In this document: in pieces, positions 49,401 through 61,400 of the stretch
How the letters are laid out: each line of letters begins with the position of its first letter
Position numbering within the stretch: the first letter of the stretch is position 1
Assembly (NCBI GenBank): GCA_963770895.1
Contig: CAVYRF010000002.1
Location: 4,896,001-4,960,000 of the forward strand
DNA from: an uncultured Acidobacteriota bacterium
Lineage (GTDB): Bacteria > Acidobacteriota > Thermoanaerobaculia > Multivoradales > UBA5704
Direction: 5' to 3'
DNA length: 64,000 bases
Notes under the pieces: model-generated
Seen by the model: only the letters and a program-made list of their open reading frames with translations
Database searches by the model: none
Told to the model about the DNA's origin: nothing
Made by a program: the position numbers and the translations under genes

Positions 49401-52400
49401 CCCCGCCGACCGTGATGACGGGCGGCGTCTTGTCGAGCGCGAACGTCACGGTGAGCGAGGACTGATTGCCCGCCGCGTCGGTCGCGCTGACCGCGAGCGT
49501 GTAGCTGCCCTCGGCGCTCACCGGCGTGCCCGAGGTGAAGGTCTGGCCGTTGAGCGTGATCGTCTGCGTGCCGGGATGGGAGTCGGTCACCGTCACGACC
49601 GGCGTCACCGTGGTGCCGTACACACCGCCTGTGCCGACCCCGGTTACCGAGATGACGGGCGGCGTCTTGTCGATCGCGAACGTGACGCTGGCGCTCGCCT
49701 GGTTGCCGGCCGCGTCGGTCGCCGTGACCGCGAGCGTGTAGCTGCCTGCCGCCGTCACCGCCGTGCCGGACGCGAACGGCTGGCCGTTCAAGGTGATCGT
49801 CTGGGTCGCCGAGTAGGCATCGGTGACGGTCACGACCGGGGTCACGGCGGTGTTGTAAAGGCCGCCCTGGGCGACGCCGGTGATGGTGATGGCCGGCGGC
49901 GTGGTGTCGATGGTGAAGGTGACGCTGGCGCTGGCCTGGTTGCCGGCGGCGTCGGTGACGGCGGCCGCCAGGGTGTGGCTGCCCGGCGCCGCGACGGCGG
50001 TGCCGGAGGTGAAGGGCTGGCCGTCCAGGGTGACGGTCGCGCTGTAGGTGGCGGTCGCGGCGGTGATGGTCACGACCGGGGTCACCGCGGTGTCGTAGAG
50101 GCCGCCCTGGGCGACGCCGGTGATGGTGATGACCGGCGGCGCGCTGCTCACGGTGACGGCGACGGCGGCGCTCTGGGCGCTGTTGCCGGCGGCGTCGGTC
50201 GCTTGCGCGGTGAGGGTGTGGGCGCCGGCGGCGACGCCGGTGAGGGCCAGCCGGTAGGTGCCGGCGGTGGGATCGGCGGGCGCCGCCGGCTGCCAGGCGC
50301 CGCCGTCCAGGCTCACCGCCACGGCGGTGACCGCCGACAGCGGATCGCGCACCGTGACGATCACCTGGAAGGCGCCGCCGACCGCCGCCCCCGCCGCCGG
50401 TTGGGTGATGGTCACCGCGGGCGGGGTGCGGTCGTAGATGGTGAAGCCGACCACGGCCAGGGTCACCGTTTGGGTGGCGCCGCCGCCGCCGCCGCTGCCG
50501 CCCGCGGCCGGCAGGTCGGCCTCGAGCACCGCCAGGCGGCCGCCCAGGCCGAGCGTCGTGGTGTCGAAGCTGGCGCTGCCGGCGACCGTCGCGCCGGCGC
50601 CCAGGTCGAGCGTCGCCGACTGGCGGGCCAGCTCGTGGCCCGAGGCGGCGTCGAGCACCCGCACGCGCACCGCGACGCCGGCGAGCGCCGCGCCCGGGTT
50701 GGTGACGCCGTAGCTCGCGGCGAGCGTGCTGCCGGCCGACGGCGCGCGGTCGTTGAGCGAGAGGGTGCCGGTCACCGCCGCCGCCGCCGCGGTGAGGCTG
50801 AACTGGGTGCCGGCGGCGGCCGCCGCCTGGCCGCCGTCCAGGACGGTCATCGCCACCTGGTAGGTGCCGGCGGCGGTCGTGCCGCTCGGCCAGTCGACGC
50901 TCACCGCGCCCTGGCCGCCGGGCAGGAGCGTGCCGAGCGCCCGCGTCCAGTCGCCCAGCACCGCCGGCGCCGCGCCGCTCCCGGCCGCCGCCGGGGCGAG
51001 CACCTGGAGGTGCACGGCGACCCCGGTCAAGGCGGCGTCGCCGGTCGGGTAGCCCACCTGGGCGGTGACGTGGACGCTGGCGCCGACCGGGTAGGTGGTG
51101 CTGTCGGTCGCCACCGCCGCGGTGAGCTGCGCCACGGTGACGATGGTGAAGGGCGCGACGGCCTCGGCCACGACGCTGCCCTGACCGTCTTCGAGCTTGA
51201 CGTCGGCCAGGTAGGAGCCGGCGAAGGTGGCGCCGGTGTTCCAGGTGGTCTGCTGCGTCCACCGCTGGCCGTAGGCGAGCTGGCCGACGGCGAGCGCCGG
51301 CAGGGTGGTGACGGCGTTGCCCTGGCTGTCTTCGATGGTCACCACCGCCTGGCCGCTCCAGGGCGCGCTGCCGTTCCAGACGGTGACGCTGGCGGTCACC
51401 GTCGAGCTGGGCTGGTAGCTGGCCTGGTCGGTCGCGATCGCCACCGTCGGCGGCCCCGCCGCCACCACCTGGAACGCGATCTGCGCCTGGTCGTTGTCTT
51501 TCCGCAGCTCCTGCACCAGGCCCTGCGGATCGATCTGCGCGGCGAGCGTCCAGGCGCCCACCGGCCCGGCGATCGCGCCGTCCTGGTAGAGCGTTGCCGC
51601 GCTCCCCGCCGGGATCGCCGGCACCGCCAGGGCGGCCGCGAGCTGCACCTGGGCGCCGCCCGGGCCATAGGCGGTGAGGGCGAGGGTCGTCGCCGGCGCG
51701 TCGGCCGGCCCCTGGTTGTGGACCGTCGCCGAGATGCGCAGCGCCTGGCCGGGGAGCGGCGCCGCCGGGATCACCGCCATGTCGGCCGGCGCGATGGCGA
51801 GGTCGGGCAGGTTCGCCGCCAGGCGGTCGACCTGGCGCGGCGCCGAGGGCGCGCTGACGTTGCCGGCGGCGTCGGTCGCCGTGGCGGTGAAGGTGTTCGG
51901 CCCCAGCTGCAGCTGCTGGCCCGCGAAGGTGAAGCGGCCGGCGGGCGCGATGCGCAGCTCGTCGCCGGCATCCGCCACCAGGTAGCCGCCCGGCACCCAC
52001 GCCACGTCCGCCGCGTCGTTGCCGCCCAGGTCGGAGAGCACGCTCCCCGGCGCGCTGCCGCCCGCGAACGGCGCCAGCGGCGCCACCATCAGCCCCGCCA
52101 CGCCGGCGTAGGCGAACCCGGTCCCGTCCGGCGACAGCTGCGGCAGGAGCGGCCCGGCCTCGACGTCGGTCAGGTCGACGGCGGCGCCGCTTCCGACCGT
52201 CGCCAGGCGCACCTTTTCGCCGCCCGCCGCCTGCGCCTGGGTGAAGGCCACGGCGCTGCCGTCGGGGGTGAAGCCGGGGCGGCCCGAGCCGGGGTTGGCC
52301 TCGACCAGCGCCGCCGCGTTGGGCGCCGCCGTCTGCACCACGACCAGCCCGGTGGCGCCACCGCTGCCGCCGGCGCCGCCCGTGCCGCCCGCGGGCAGCG

Positions 52401-55400
52401 GCCCCAAGTAGGCCAGCCACGACCCCTCGGGAGACCAGACCGGCGCCGCGATCCCCGGCGCCAGCGACGGGTCGATCGCCGCCACCAGCGTCCAGCCCGC
52501 CGCCGCGGGCGCCGTGGGGTCGAAGATCCAGAGCCCCGACTGGCCGCCCACCGACCCCACCGCCGCCAGGCGCAGGCCGTCCGGCGCCGCCGCCACGCTC
52601 GCCACCCAGTCCATGGTGGCGACGGCGGTGCGCACGGCGCCCGCGAAGCGGTAGCTGTCGATCTCGCCGCTGCCGCTGAGCAGCAGCAGGCCGCTGCCGT
52701 CCGCCAGCCAGCCGCCGGCGAGCCCGTTGGCCGCCGCCGGCAGCGTCAGGCTGGCGCCGCCGCCCGCGCCCTGGAAGTCGTAGAGCACCACCTGCTGGCC
52801 GGTCTGCGGCAGCAGCAGGTAGCGGCCGTCCGGCGACGGCACCGCCGGCGCTCCCGGCGCGGCGCCGGCATCGGCCGTCGCCACCGCCGCCGCGGCCTGG
52901 GTGCTGCGCGTGCCGCCCGTCCCGGCCGGCGGCGTGAGCACCACCGTCGCCCCCGGCGCCGCCGTGCCCGCCAGGTCGGCCGTCGCGCCGGTGGTGGCGA
53001 AGGCGAGCGTCGAGATCGCCGGGAAGGTGAGCACCGGCGCCAGCCCGGCGGGCGGCGGCGCCACCGCCACGGTGACCGCCACGGTGTTGGACGGCGGGCC
53101 GGCGTTGCCCGCCGTATCCACCGCCACCACCGTGTAGTGCCACGTGCCGTTGGGCCGCCCGGTGTCGGTGTAGGCGGTCGTGGGCGCCGTCACCGTCGCG
53201 ATCTGCGTCCCCTCGCGCAGCACCTGGTAGAAGGCGAGGTTGGCGTCGGCGCTCGCCGTCCAGGTGAGGCCGACGCTGGCGCCGACCGCCGCGCCGGCCA
53301 GGGTCACCGCCGGCGGCCCCGCGTTGGCGACCGCCACGGCCGCCGCCGCCGAGGGCTGGCTTTCGAGCCCCAGCGGGCCCACCGCGACGACCTGGTAGGA
53401 GTGGTTGCCGTTGGCCGGCGCGTCGGTCGCCGCGGTGGCGGCGGTGAGCGGGCGCTCGTAGACGCGCAGCTCCGCCACCCACGGCTCGGCCGACGTCGGC
53501 AGCAGCTGCAGCCGGAGCTTGCCGGTCAGGTAGCTCAGCGGCAGCGTCTGCACGGTCTGCGCCCCGCTCGCGCCGCGCACCTGCGCCAGCGGCACCCAGA
53601 CGCTGCCGTCCCAGCCTTGGAGGTCGAAGTCGCCGGCGTTCTGCGGCGTGCCGTCGGGGCCGCCCGCCCAGTCGATCTGCACCTGGATGAGCAGGCGCGG
53701 CGCCGGCCAATCGACCTCCAGCCACTGGTTGCGCAGGTCGGGGTCGCTGCCCGCCTCGGGCACCCAGAACGTCGTCTCGTCGCCGTCGATCGCCGCCGGT
53801 GCGCCGTCGGGATCGGACGCCGCCGGGCTCGAGGCGCCGGCGCTGAGCGGGCCGTCGACCGGCGTCGGCGCCGGGTCGTCGGCGCCGTCGCGCAGCAGCC
53901 GGTAGCCGATCACCTGGTCGGCGGCGGGATTGGGGTTCCAGGCCAGGGCCACGCTCAGGGTGCCGTCCGTGGCGGCGGTGGCGGTGAGGCCGGTCGGCTG
54001 CGCCGGCGGCGCGCCGGCGACGACGTGCACGCTGGCCGGCTGGCTGACGTTGCCGGAGGCGTCGGTCGCCGTCACCGTCAGCACGTTGGTGCCGAGCGCC
54101 AGCGGCAGGCCGTTCCAGGCGAAGCTGCCGGTGCCGTCGGCGGCGACCGCCGGGATGGCGACGCTGCCGGCCGGGCCGCTGTCGGTTCCCGCGACCTGCG
54201 CGCCGGCCGCCGCGCCGCTGCCGGCGAGGGCGGTCGAGCTGGCCGCGGTGGGCGTGTAAGGCTGGGCCAGGACCGGCGCGTAAACCACCGCCGTGACCGG
54301 GCCCGCCGGCTGCGAGGCGTTGCCCGCCGTGTTGACGGCGGTGACGGTGTAGGACCAGGTGCCGGCGGCCAGCCCCTGGTCGGCGTAGGTGGTGGCGGCG
54401 ATCGGCGCCGGGGTGAGCTGGGTCGCCGTGCCGTCGGCGGCGGTGCGCGTGACCAGGTAGCCGGCCAGGCCGGCTACCGGCGGCGTCGCCGCGCTCCAGG
54501 TGAGGGTCACGGTGCCGCCCGCCACCGCCGCCGCCAGCCCGGCCGGCGCCGGCGGCGCCACCAGGTTCTGGTGCGCCACCGCGATCGGCGCCGGCGCCGG
54601 GTCGGTGGCGCCGCCGGTGTCGGTCGCCACCGCCTGGATCAGGTAGTTGCCGTAGGCCAGCGACGAGGCGTCCCAGAGGACCTCCCAGGGCGCCGCGGTG
54701 AGCGGGGCGCCGAGGTTGGTCCAGGCCGTGCCGCCCGCCGCCTGCCACTGGAACTGCACGCTGGCGATGTCGAGGTCGGCGCTGGTGCCGACGACGTCGA
54801 GCGTGCTCTGGAAGGCCGTCCCCGCCGCCGGCTGGGTGATCACGACGTGCGGCGGGTGGTTGTCGAGCGACGCCTGGGCGGGCGCCGACGGGGCGCTCTG
54901 GTTGCCGGCGGTGTCGAGCGCGTAGAGGACGTAGACGAACGTGCCGTCCGGCAGGTTGGCGTCGCTCCACGACGTCGTTTGCAGCAGGTAGGGGGTGAGG
55001 TCGCCGACCACGGCGCCCACGGCGTCGACCAGCTGGCCGTTGCGGTACAGCAGGTAGCCGGCCAGGTCGCTTTCCGTGTTGGGGTTCCAGGCGACCTGGA
55101 TGCCGGTGCCCTGCGCCGTCGCGGTGAGCCCGGTGGGCGCGGCCGGCGGCGTGTTGTCGGTGGTCACCGTGATCTCGGCGGCGGCGACGTTGCCCTGCAG
55201 GTCCTGCGCCTCGAGGCGGATGGTCAAGGCCGAGTTGTCGGGGATCGCGGTGGTGTCCCACTCGGCCAGCTCCTCGTCCACCACCGCCAGCGGCGAGGTG
55301 CGGAGCAGGTTCGGCGGCGCGCTGCCCAAAGGCGTCACGTAGACGCGGTACTCGGCGAAGTCGTTCAGCTTCTCGGCGGTGCCGACGATCGAGACGACGC

Positions 55401-58400
55401 CGCCGACGCGGCTGCCGCCCGCGGGCCGCGACAGGATCGCCGTCGGCAGGGAGGGGTCGACCACCGCCTGCGCCGGTGCCGAGGGGGCGCTGGCCAGGTC
55501 CTCCTGGTCGACCGCCACCAGCGTGTAGGTGTAGGTCCCGGCGCTCAGCCCGGCGTCGACGTAGGCGGTGCCGGTGAGCAGCTGCTGGGGATCGACCGCC
55601 GCGCCGTTGCGCAACAGGCGGTAGCCGGCCAGATCGGTCTCGCTGTTGGCGAGCCACGACAGGTGCACGCTCTGCTGGCTGACCTGCGCCGCGACGCCCT
55701 GCGGCGCCGCCGGCGGATGGGTGTGGACGTTCACCTGCACCTGGGTCGACGCCTGGTTGCCCGCCTTGTCGACGGCGGTCAGCTGGAGCGTCGCCGGGCC
55801 GTCCGGCGGCAGCGCGGTCCACGACGCGAGGGCGCCGGCGGTGACCGGCGCCGTGCCGGAGCCGACCGGCGAGAACAGCTGCGCCGCGCCGGGCGCGCTG
55901 CTGGCGACCGCCAGCTGGTAGCTCACCAGGTTGGCGTCCGCGGCCGTGCCGATGACGTTCATCGGCCCGGTGACGTAGGCGCCGGCGGCCGGCGTCGCGA
56001 TGGCGACGACCGGCGGCGTGTTGTCGATGGTGATCGCCGCCTGCGCGCTGGCGGTCTGCGCCGCCAGGTCGGTGGCCTCCAGGCGCAGCACGTAGGAGCC
56101 GCTGGCGACGCCGGTCAAGCTCCAGGCGAAGATCGGCGACGGCAGCGGCAGCGTCGTGCCGGTGGCGAGCGTCGTCCACGTCGCGGGCTGGGCGCCGGCG
56201 CCCAGCTGCAGCGTCCAGCTCTGCAGGTGGGCGTCGGTGATGGTGCCGGCGACCGGCACGACGCCGCCCACGGCGCCCAGCACGGCAGCGGCTGCGGGCG
56301 CCGCCAGGGTCACCTGGGGTGGCGTCGAGATCACGCCGAAGGGGATGATCTGCTCGGTCTGGTTCTGCGCCGCGTCGGCGGCGTCCACCTTGAGCGCGTA
56401 CTGGCCGTCGGTCAGGCCGGAGAGGCTGGCGAGCGCGGCGGCGGCGGTCACGGCGGTCGAGCCGGTGGCGATCTGGGTCCATGCCGGCGCCTGCGGCGTC
56501 GAGGTGATGGCGACGCTCCAGCTGGTGAGCGTCGGGTCGGTGATCGCGCCCAGGACCGACCCGGTCGGCGTCACCCAGCCGCCGGCGGCCGGGCGCGTCA
56601 CCGTCACCTGCGGCAGCGTGCCGTCCACCTGGACGGTGATCGCCTGCTGGTCGGTGTACTGGGCGTTGGTGGCCGAGGCCACCGAGAGCACCACCGAGTA
56701 GGTGCCGTCGGCGACCGTCGTGCCGGCGTCGTTCCTGCCGTTCCACACTGCCGCGGCGGAGCCCGCCGGCGCCGCCGCCCCCGCCAGGAGGGTGCGCACG
56801 GTGTTGCCGCCGGCGTCCTGCACGGTCAGGTTGGCGGTCACCGGCGAGCCGACGCTCCACAGGATGTTGGTGGTCTCCAGGCGGCCGTCGCCGTTGGGTG
56901 AGAAGAGGCGCGGCTGCGCCTCGAGGTCGGTGATCAGCAGGCTCAGGTTGGCCAGGTTCACCTGCACCGTCGTCTGCGCGGTGTTGCCGGCCAGGTCCAC
57001 CGCCGTCAGGCGCAGCGTGTAGAGGCCGGTCAGGCCGAAGGTATTGAAGGAGCCCAGGTAGCCGCCGATGACCGCCGACGTGCGGGTGGCGAGCGTCGCC
57101 CAGGTCTGCGGCGCGCTGCCGGCGCCGACCTCGAGCGACCAGCTCGCCAGGTTGAGGTCGTTGGCCGTCCCCTGCACTTCGACGACCAGGCCGAGCGGAT
57201 CGGCCGGCCCCGATGGGTAGGTGATGGCGACGACGGGCGGCGTGTTGTCCAGGATCAGGCAGGTGATCGCCGCGCCGTGGTTGCCGCAGTCGTCGTCGGT
57301 GAAGCCGGCGATGACCTGGTAGACCCCGTCCGCCAGGGTCGCGCCGTTGTCGTCCTCGCCGTCCCAGGCGACGTTTTGCGGCGTCCCCACCTCGACCCCG
57401 GAGACGATCTGGCGCACCGGCGGCGCGCCGGTTGCGGTGCAGGTGGTGGGGAGCTCCGGCCCCGCCTGCAGGTAGGCGGCCGGCACGACCGACAGGCCGG
57501 CGTGCGCCGGCTCGCCGGCGGCGACCGTCAGCGTCACGGTGTCGTCGACGCCGTCGCCGTTGGGCGAGAAGTACTGCGGGCCGGCCGTCAGGCTGGGATC
57601 GCTGACCACGGCGTCGACGGTGAAGGAGGTGGCGGCGCAGGTCGCCCAGCCGCTGGGGTTGGTCGCCTTGAGCTGGGCCGTCACGGTGCCGGCGACGTCG
57701 CCGACGGCGCCCAGCGCGCCGGAAACCTGGGCCGGCGTGCTGAGGTCGCCCGGCTGGTGGTCGCTCGGCTGGACCCCGCTGTCGGCCACCTCGCTGCCGT
57801 CGGCGGCCTGGAAGGTGAGCCTGTAGCCGACCGCGAGGGCGTCCTGGACGGTGCCCCGCACCACCACCCGGTTCTGGATGCCGCAGACGCTGCGGCCGGG
57901 AAGCGGGTAGGTGAAGGCGGCCGTGGGCGGCGTGTGCTCGACGGTCACCGGCACCGAGAGCAGGAAGGCGTCGCCGTGGATGTTGGTGACCTGGGCCTGC
58001 CAGGTGTAGGTGCCGGCAGGGGTCGATGCGGTGTCGAAGTCGTACTGGTAGAGCTTGTCGGCGGTCGGGTTGCTGACGCTGTAGAAGATGCCGTTGGCGT
58101 CGCTCAGGGTGAGCAGCTGGAGCGGCGTGCCGTCGAGGCTGTGCGGCGTCAGGTCGAGCACCCGCGCCGTCGCGGGGACGGCGTCGCAGGCCGCCGGCGA
58201 TACCGGTTCCAGGCTGGTTTCCAGGGCGACGCAGCTGAACTCGAAGCCCTCGGCGGGAATGGTGATGGTGTCGGTGACCGTGGCTCCCGTCGCCGGGTCG
58301 ATCTGCGGCAGGGTGGTCACGACCAGCGCCATCTGGTAGGGGATGCAGCCCTGCCATTCGGGCGAGGTGAAGATGAAGTTGGTGCCGTCGTTCGCCACCG

Positions 58401-61400
58401 GCGCGAAGGTCTGCGGAGCGTTGAAGCGCGGGTCCTTGGTGCTGGTCACGATGAGCGAGATCTGGCTCACTCCCGACAGGCCGGAGGTGGTCGCGACCAT
58501 CACCGGATCGCGGGGTGGATCCAGGTCCTGCTGGGTGAGCAGCGCGCCCACGGCGGAGCTGAACCGCAGCGGGTCGAGGATCTGCTGCAGGACGGCGCCG
58601 ATGGCGTTGAGCTGCACCAGCTGCGAGGTCCAGGTGGTGGCGGTGACGTCCACGGTGCGGACGCGCGCCACGGTCTCGACGCCCGGAGTGACGTTCTGGA
58701 GGTCCCAATCCATTTCGAAGACGGTGTTGGGGATGGCCGTCTGGGACACGTTCGAGCCGGGCGGATAGAAGGTGGCGATCGGCTCCGACACCCAGGCGTT
58801 GGGATCGGGCGTGCCGCTCGCGGGCGCCGGCTGCGTGTCGACGAACACCTGGACCATCGGCGCCAGGACCGACTCGCTGACCTGGATGCGGACCGGCGCC
58901 TGGATCTCGCCGTAGCGCAGCGGCGGCTGCGGCGGCTGGGGACCCGGACCGGCAATCGCCGGCACGCACGAGATCGGCGCGACCGGCAGCAGCTGGCCGG
59001 TCGCCGGGCTGAAGCCCTTGTTGCCGAAGCCGCTCAGGAAGAGCTGCTGCGGCCCCGGCGCCACCTGCTGCTGGGCGCTGTTGCCGGCGACGTCGGTGGC
59101 GAGCACGCGGAAGCTGTGGTTCTCGAACTGCGCCGCGGTGAGCTGGCCGGAGACCGCCGGCTCCCAATCCGCGGGCGCGGCGCCGACGCCGGTCTGGACG
59201 CTCACCGAGGCGAGGCCCACCGCGTCCTTGACCGCCGCGGAAAAAGCCGGCGCGTAGGCGAGGATGGACGGCGGCTGGCCGGCGGCTTGCGAGGGGTTGC
59301 CGATGCAAGCCTCGGCAGCGGTGACCCCGAGGGTGATCGCGGGCGGTTGGGTGGCGACGGTGATCGGCAGCTGGTAGCCCAGCACCTTCATGGTGTAGTC
59401 GCCGTCCGGCACGACCGTCCCGGCGTCGCTGGTGCCGTCCCAGGTGAGGTCGAAGGACTCGCCGACCTGGTCGTCGTCGGCGGTGATGGTGCGCACCGGG
59501 TTCGCGTTGGCGTCGTAGAAGACGAAGCTCAGGTGCACCGGCTGGAGCACCGTGTAGTGGATGTCCGCGGTGTCGTCGACGCCGTCGCCGTTGGGCGAGA
59601 TGTAGCGCGGCGTCAGGCTCAGGTCGGTGATGAAGGGCGAGGTGCTGGAGGAGGCGCGCGCCGTCGCCGTGCGGCTGTTGCCGGCGAGGTCGCGAACGGT
59701 CAGGCGCACCACGTACGAGCCTGGGCCGGGCGGCACCCAGGCGGTGAATTCGCCGGCCACGACCGGGGTCGACGAAGGCGGCGCGATCGGCGTCCACACC
59801 CCCGGATTGGCGGTGTTCTCATAGTCCAGCTGGTAGCTTGCGAAGTGCAGGTCGGCCGCGGTGCCGGAGAGGATCTCGGCGCCGGAAGCGGGATCGACGC
59901 GGATCTGCAGGTCGGCGGTGAGGTTCTGCAGCGACGCGAGCGCCCAGGTGTGACCCGCCGCCGCCTCGCAGCTGTTCGACTGGCCGCTCTCGTCGAAGGA
60001 GTAGAGCATGTAGCGGCCGGCCGGCGAGAAGGCCTGGAAGGAGAGGCCCTGGATCTGCGGCAGGAGCGGCGCCGAGGTGCCGGCGACCAGGTCGAAGAGG
60101 GTGGACGCGTCAGCGGCGCTGGCGTTGTCGGCGGTGTCGAAGAGGGCGAGCGCCAGCTGGTTGGGGGCCCACGTCAGGAGGGGATAGACCACCGGCTCGA
60201 CCGGCGCCGTCGCGGCGTCCCGCGGTCGCATGGTGGCGCCGGCGCGGGCGCCGGCCTCGGCCCTGGCCGCGGGCGCCATCGCGGCGGGTGCCGTCGCGGG
60301 CGGCGGCTGGTCCGCGGCCAGCCCTTCGGTGGCGTCCAGGGAGAGCTGCAGGCGGCCGGGCAGCACGTCGTTCCAGACCACCTCCATCTGGGCTTCGTGC
60401 AGGTCGATGGTGCGGCCGTCGAGCGCCGCCACGGCGGCCCGCACGTCGCGGCCGTCCGCGAGGCGGTGGGCGGCGGTGGGGGCCTGGCGGTTGAGGTTCG
60501 ACAGCAGCGACACGCGGTCGACCGTGGCGGCGCTCGCTCCGGTCTGGCGGATGCGCAGGCGCAGCTCGCCGCGGGTGCCGCGCAGGCGGCGCCCGAGATC
60601 CAGGCGGTGCTCGCGCTGGCGCGGGTCGAAGTGCAGCGCGCCGCGATCGACCCAGGCGTGGCCGTCCCAGACGGAGACGTGGAAGGACGTGCAGCCGGGC
60701 TGGAAGACCTGGGTGTAGGCGACCGTCGCCAGGGCACCGGTGGCCGGGTCGATCGTCACGGTCCGCTCGAAGCCCTCGCAGTTGTTGGGGCTGCGATATT
60801 CGAGCTGCGCCGCCAGGGTGGTCGCGTCGGACGACCACGACACGGCGACCGAGGGCGCGTCGTAGGAGGGCGCCGCCGGCAGCCCCAGCGCGAAGTCCGG
60901 GATGTCGGTGGGCATCGCGAAGGTGCCGAGCGGCGTGCCGTCGCGGCCGAAGACCTCGACCGCGCCGACGAGGCCCACCGCCAGCTGCTGGCTGTCGGGC
61001 GACCAGGCGGTGGAGGTGACGTAGCCGCTGACCGGGATCAGGTCGCCGCCGCCGCCGGCGAGGTCCACGATCCACACCCCCGAGCTGTCGGCGTTGCCGC
61101 CGGCGCCGGCGAGGAGCGTGTGGTCCGGCGACACCGCGCCGGCGCCGGTGACGGCGAACGAGTCGGGGCCGTCGCCGGTGCTGTCGAACAGCTGGCGCGC
61201 CGCGCCGCCGCCCACCGGCAGCACCTCGATGCCGCCGGTCTGGGAGGCGACGATGACGTTCTGGCCGGCCGGATCGAAGGTCAATAGCTCGGCCGACACG
61301 TCGGTCGAAAGGGCCGCCGGCGGCGCGGCGCCGTTGGTGGCGACGGTCCACAGGCCGCTCGCCGAGCTGGCGGCGGCGGTGCCGTCGAAGGCCAGGAGCC

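Noticed and set aside
35633-61287. Very long plus-strand ORFs (3672, 3500 and 1336 aa) and the 4280-aa alternate minus frame
   Set aside because: Shadow frames of the GC-rich RHS and giant genes; Val/Gly- or Arg-rich with no recognisable domains.
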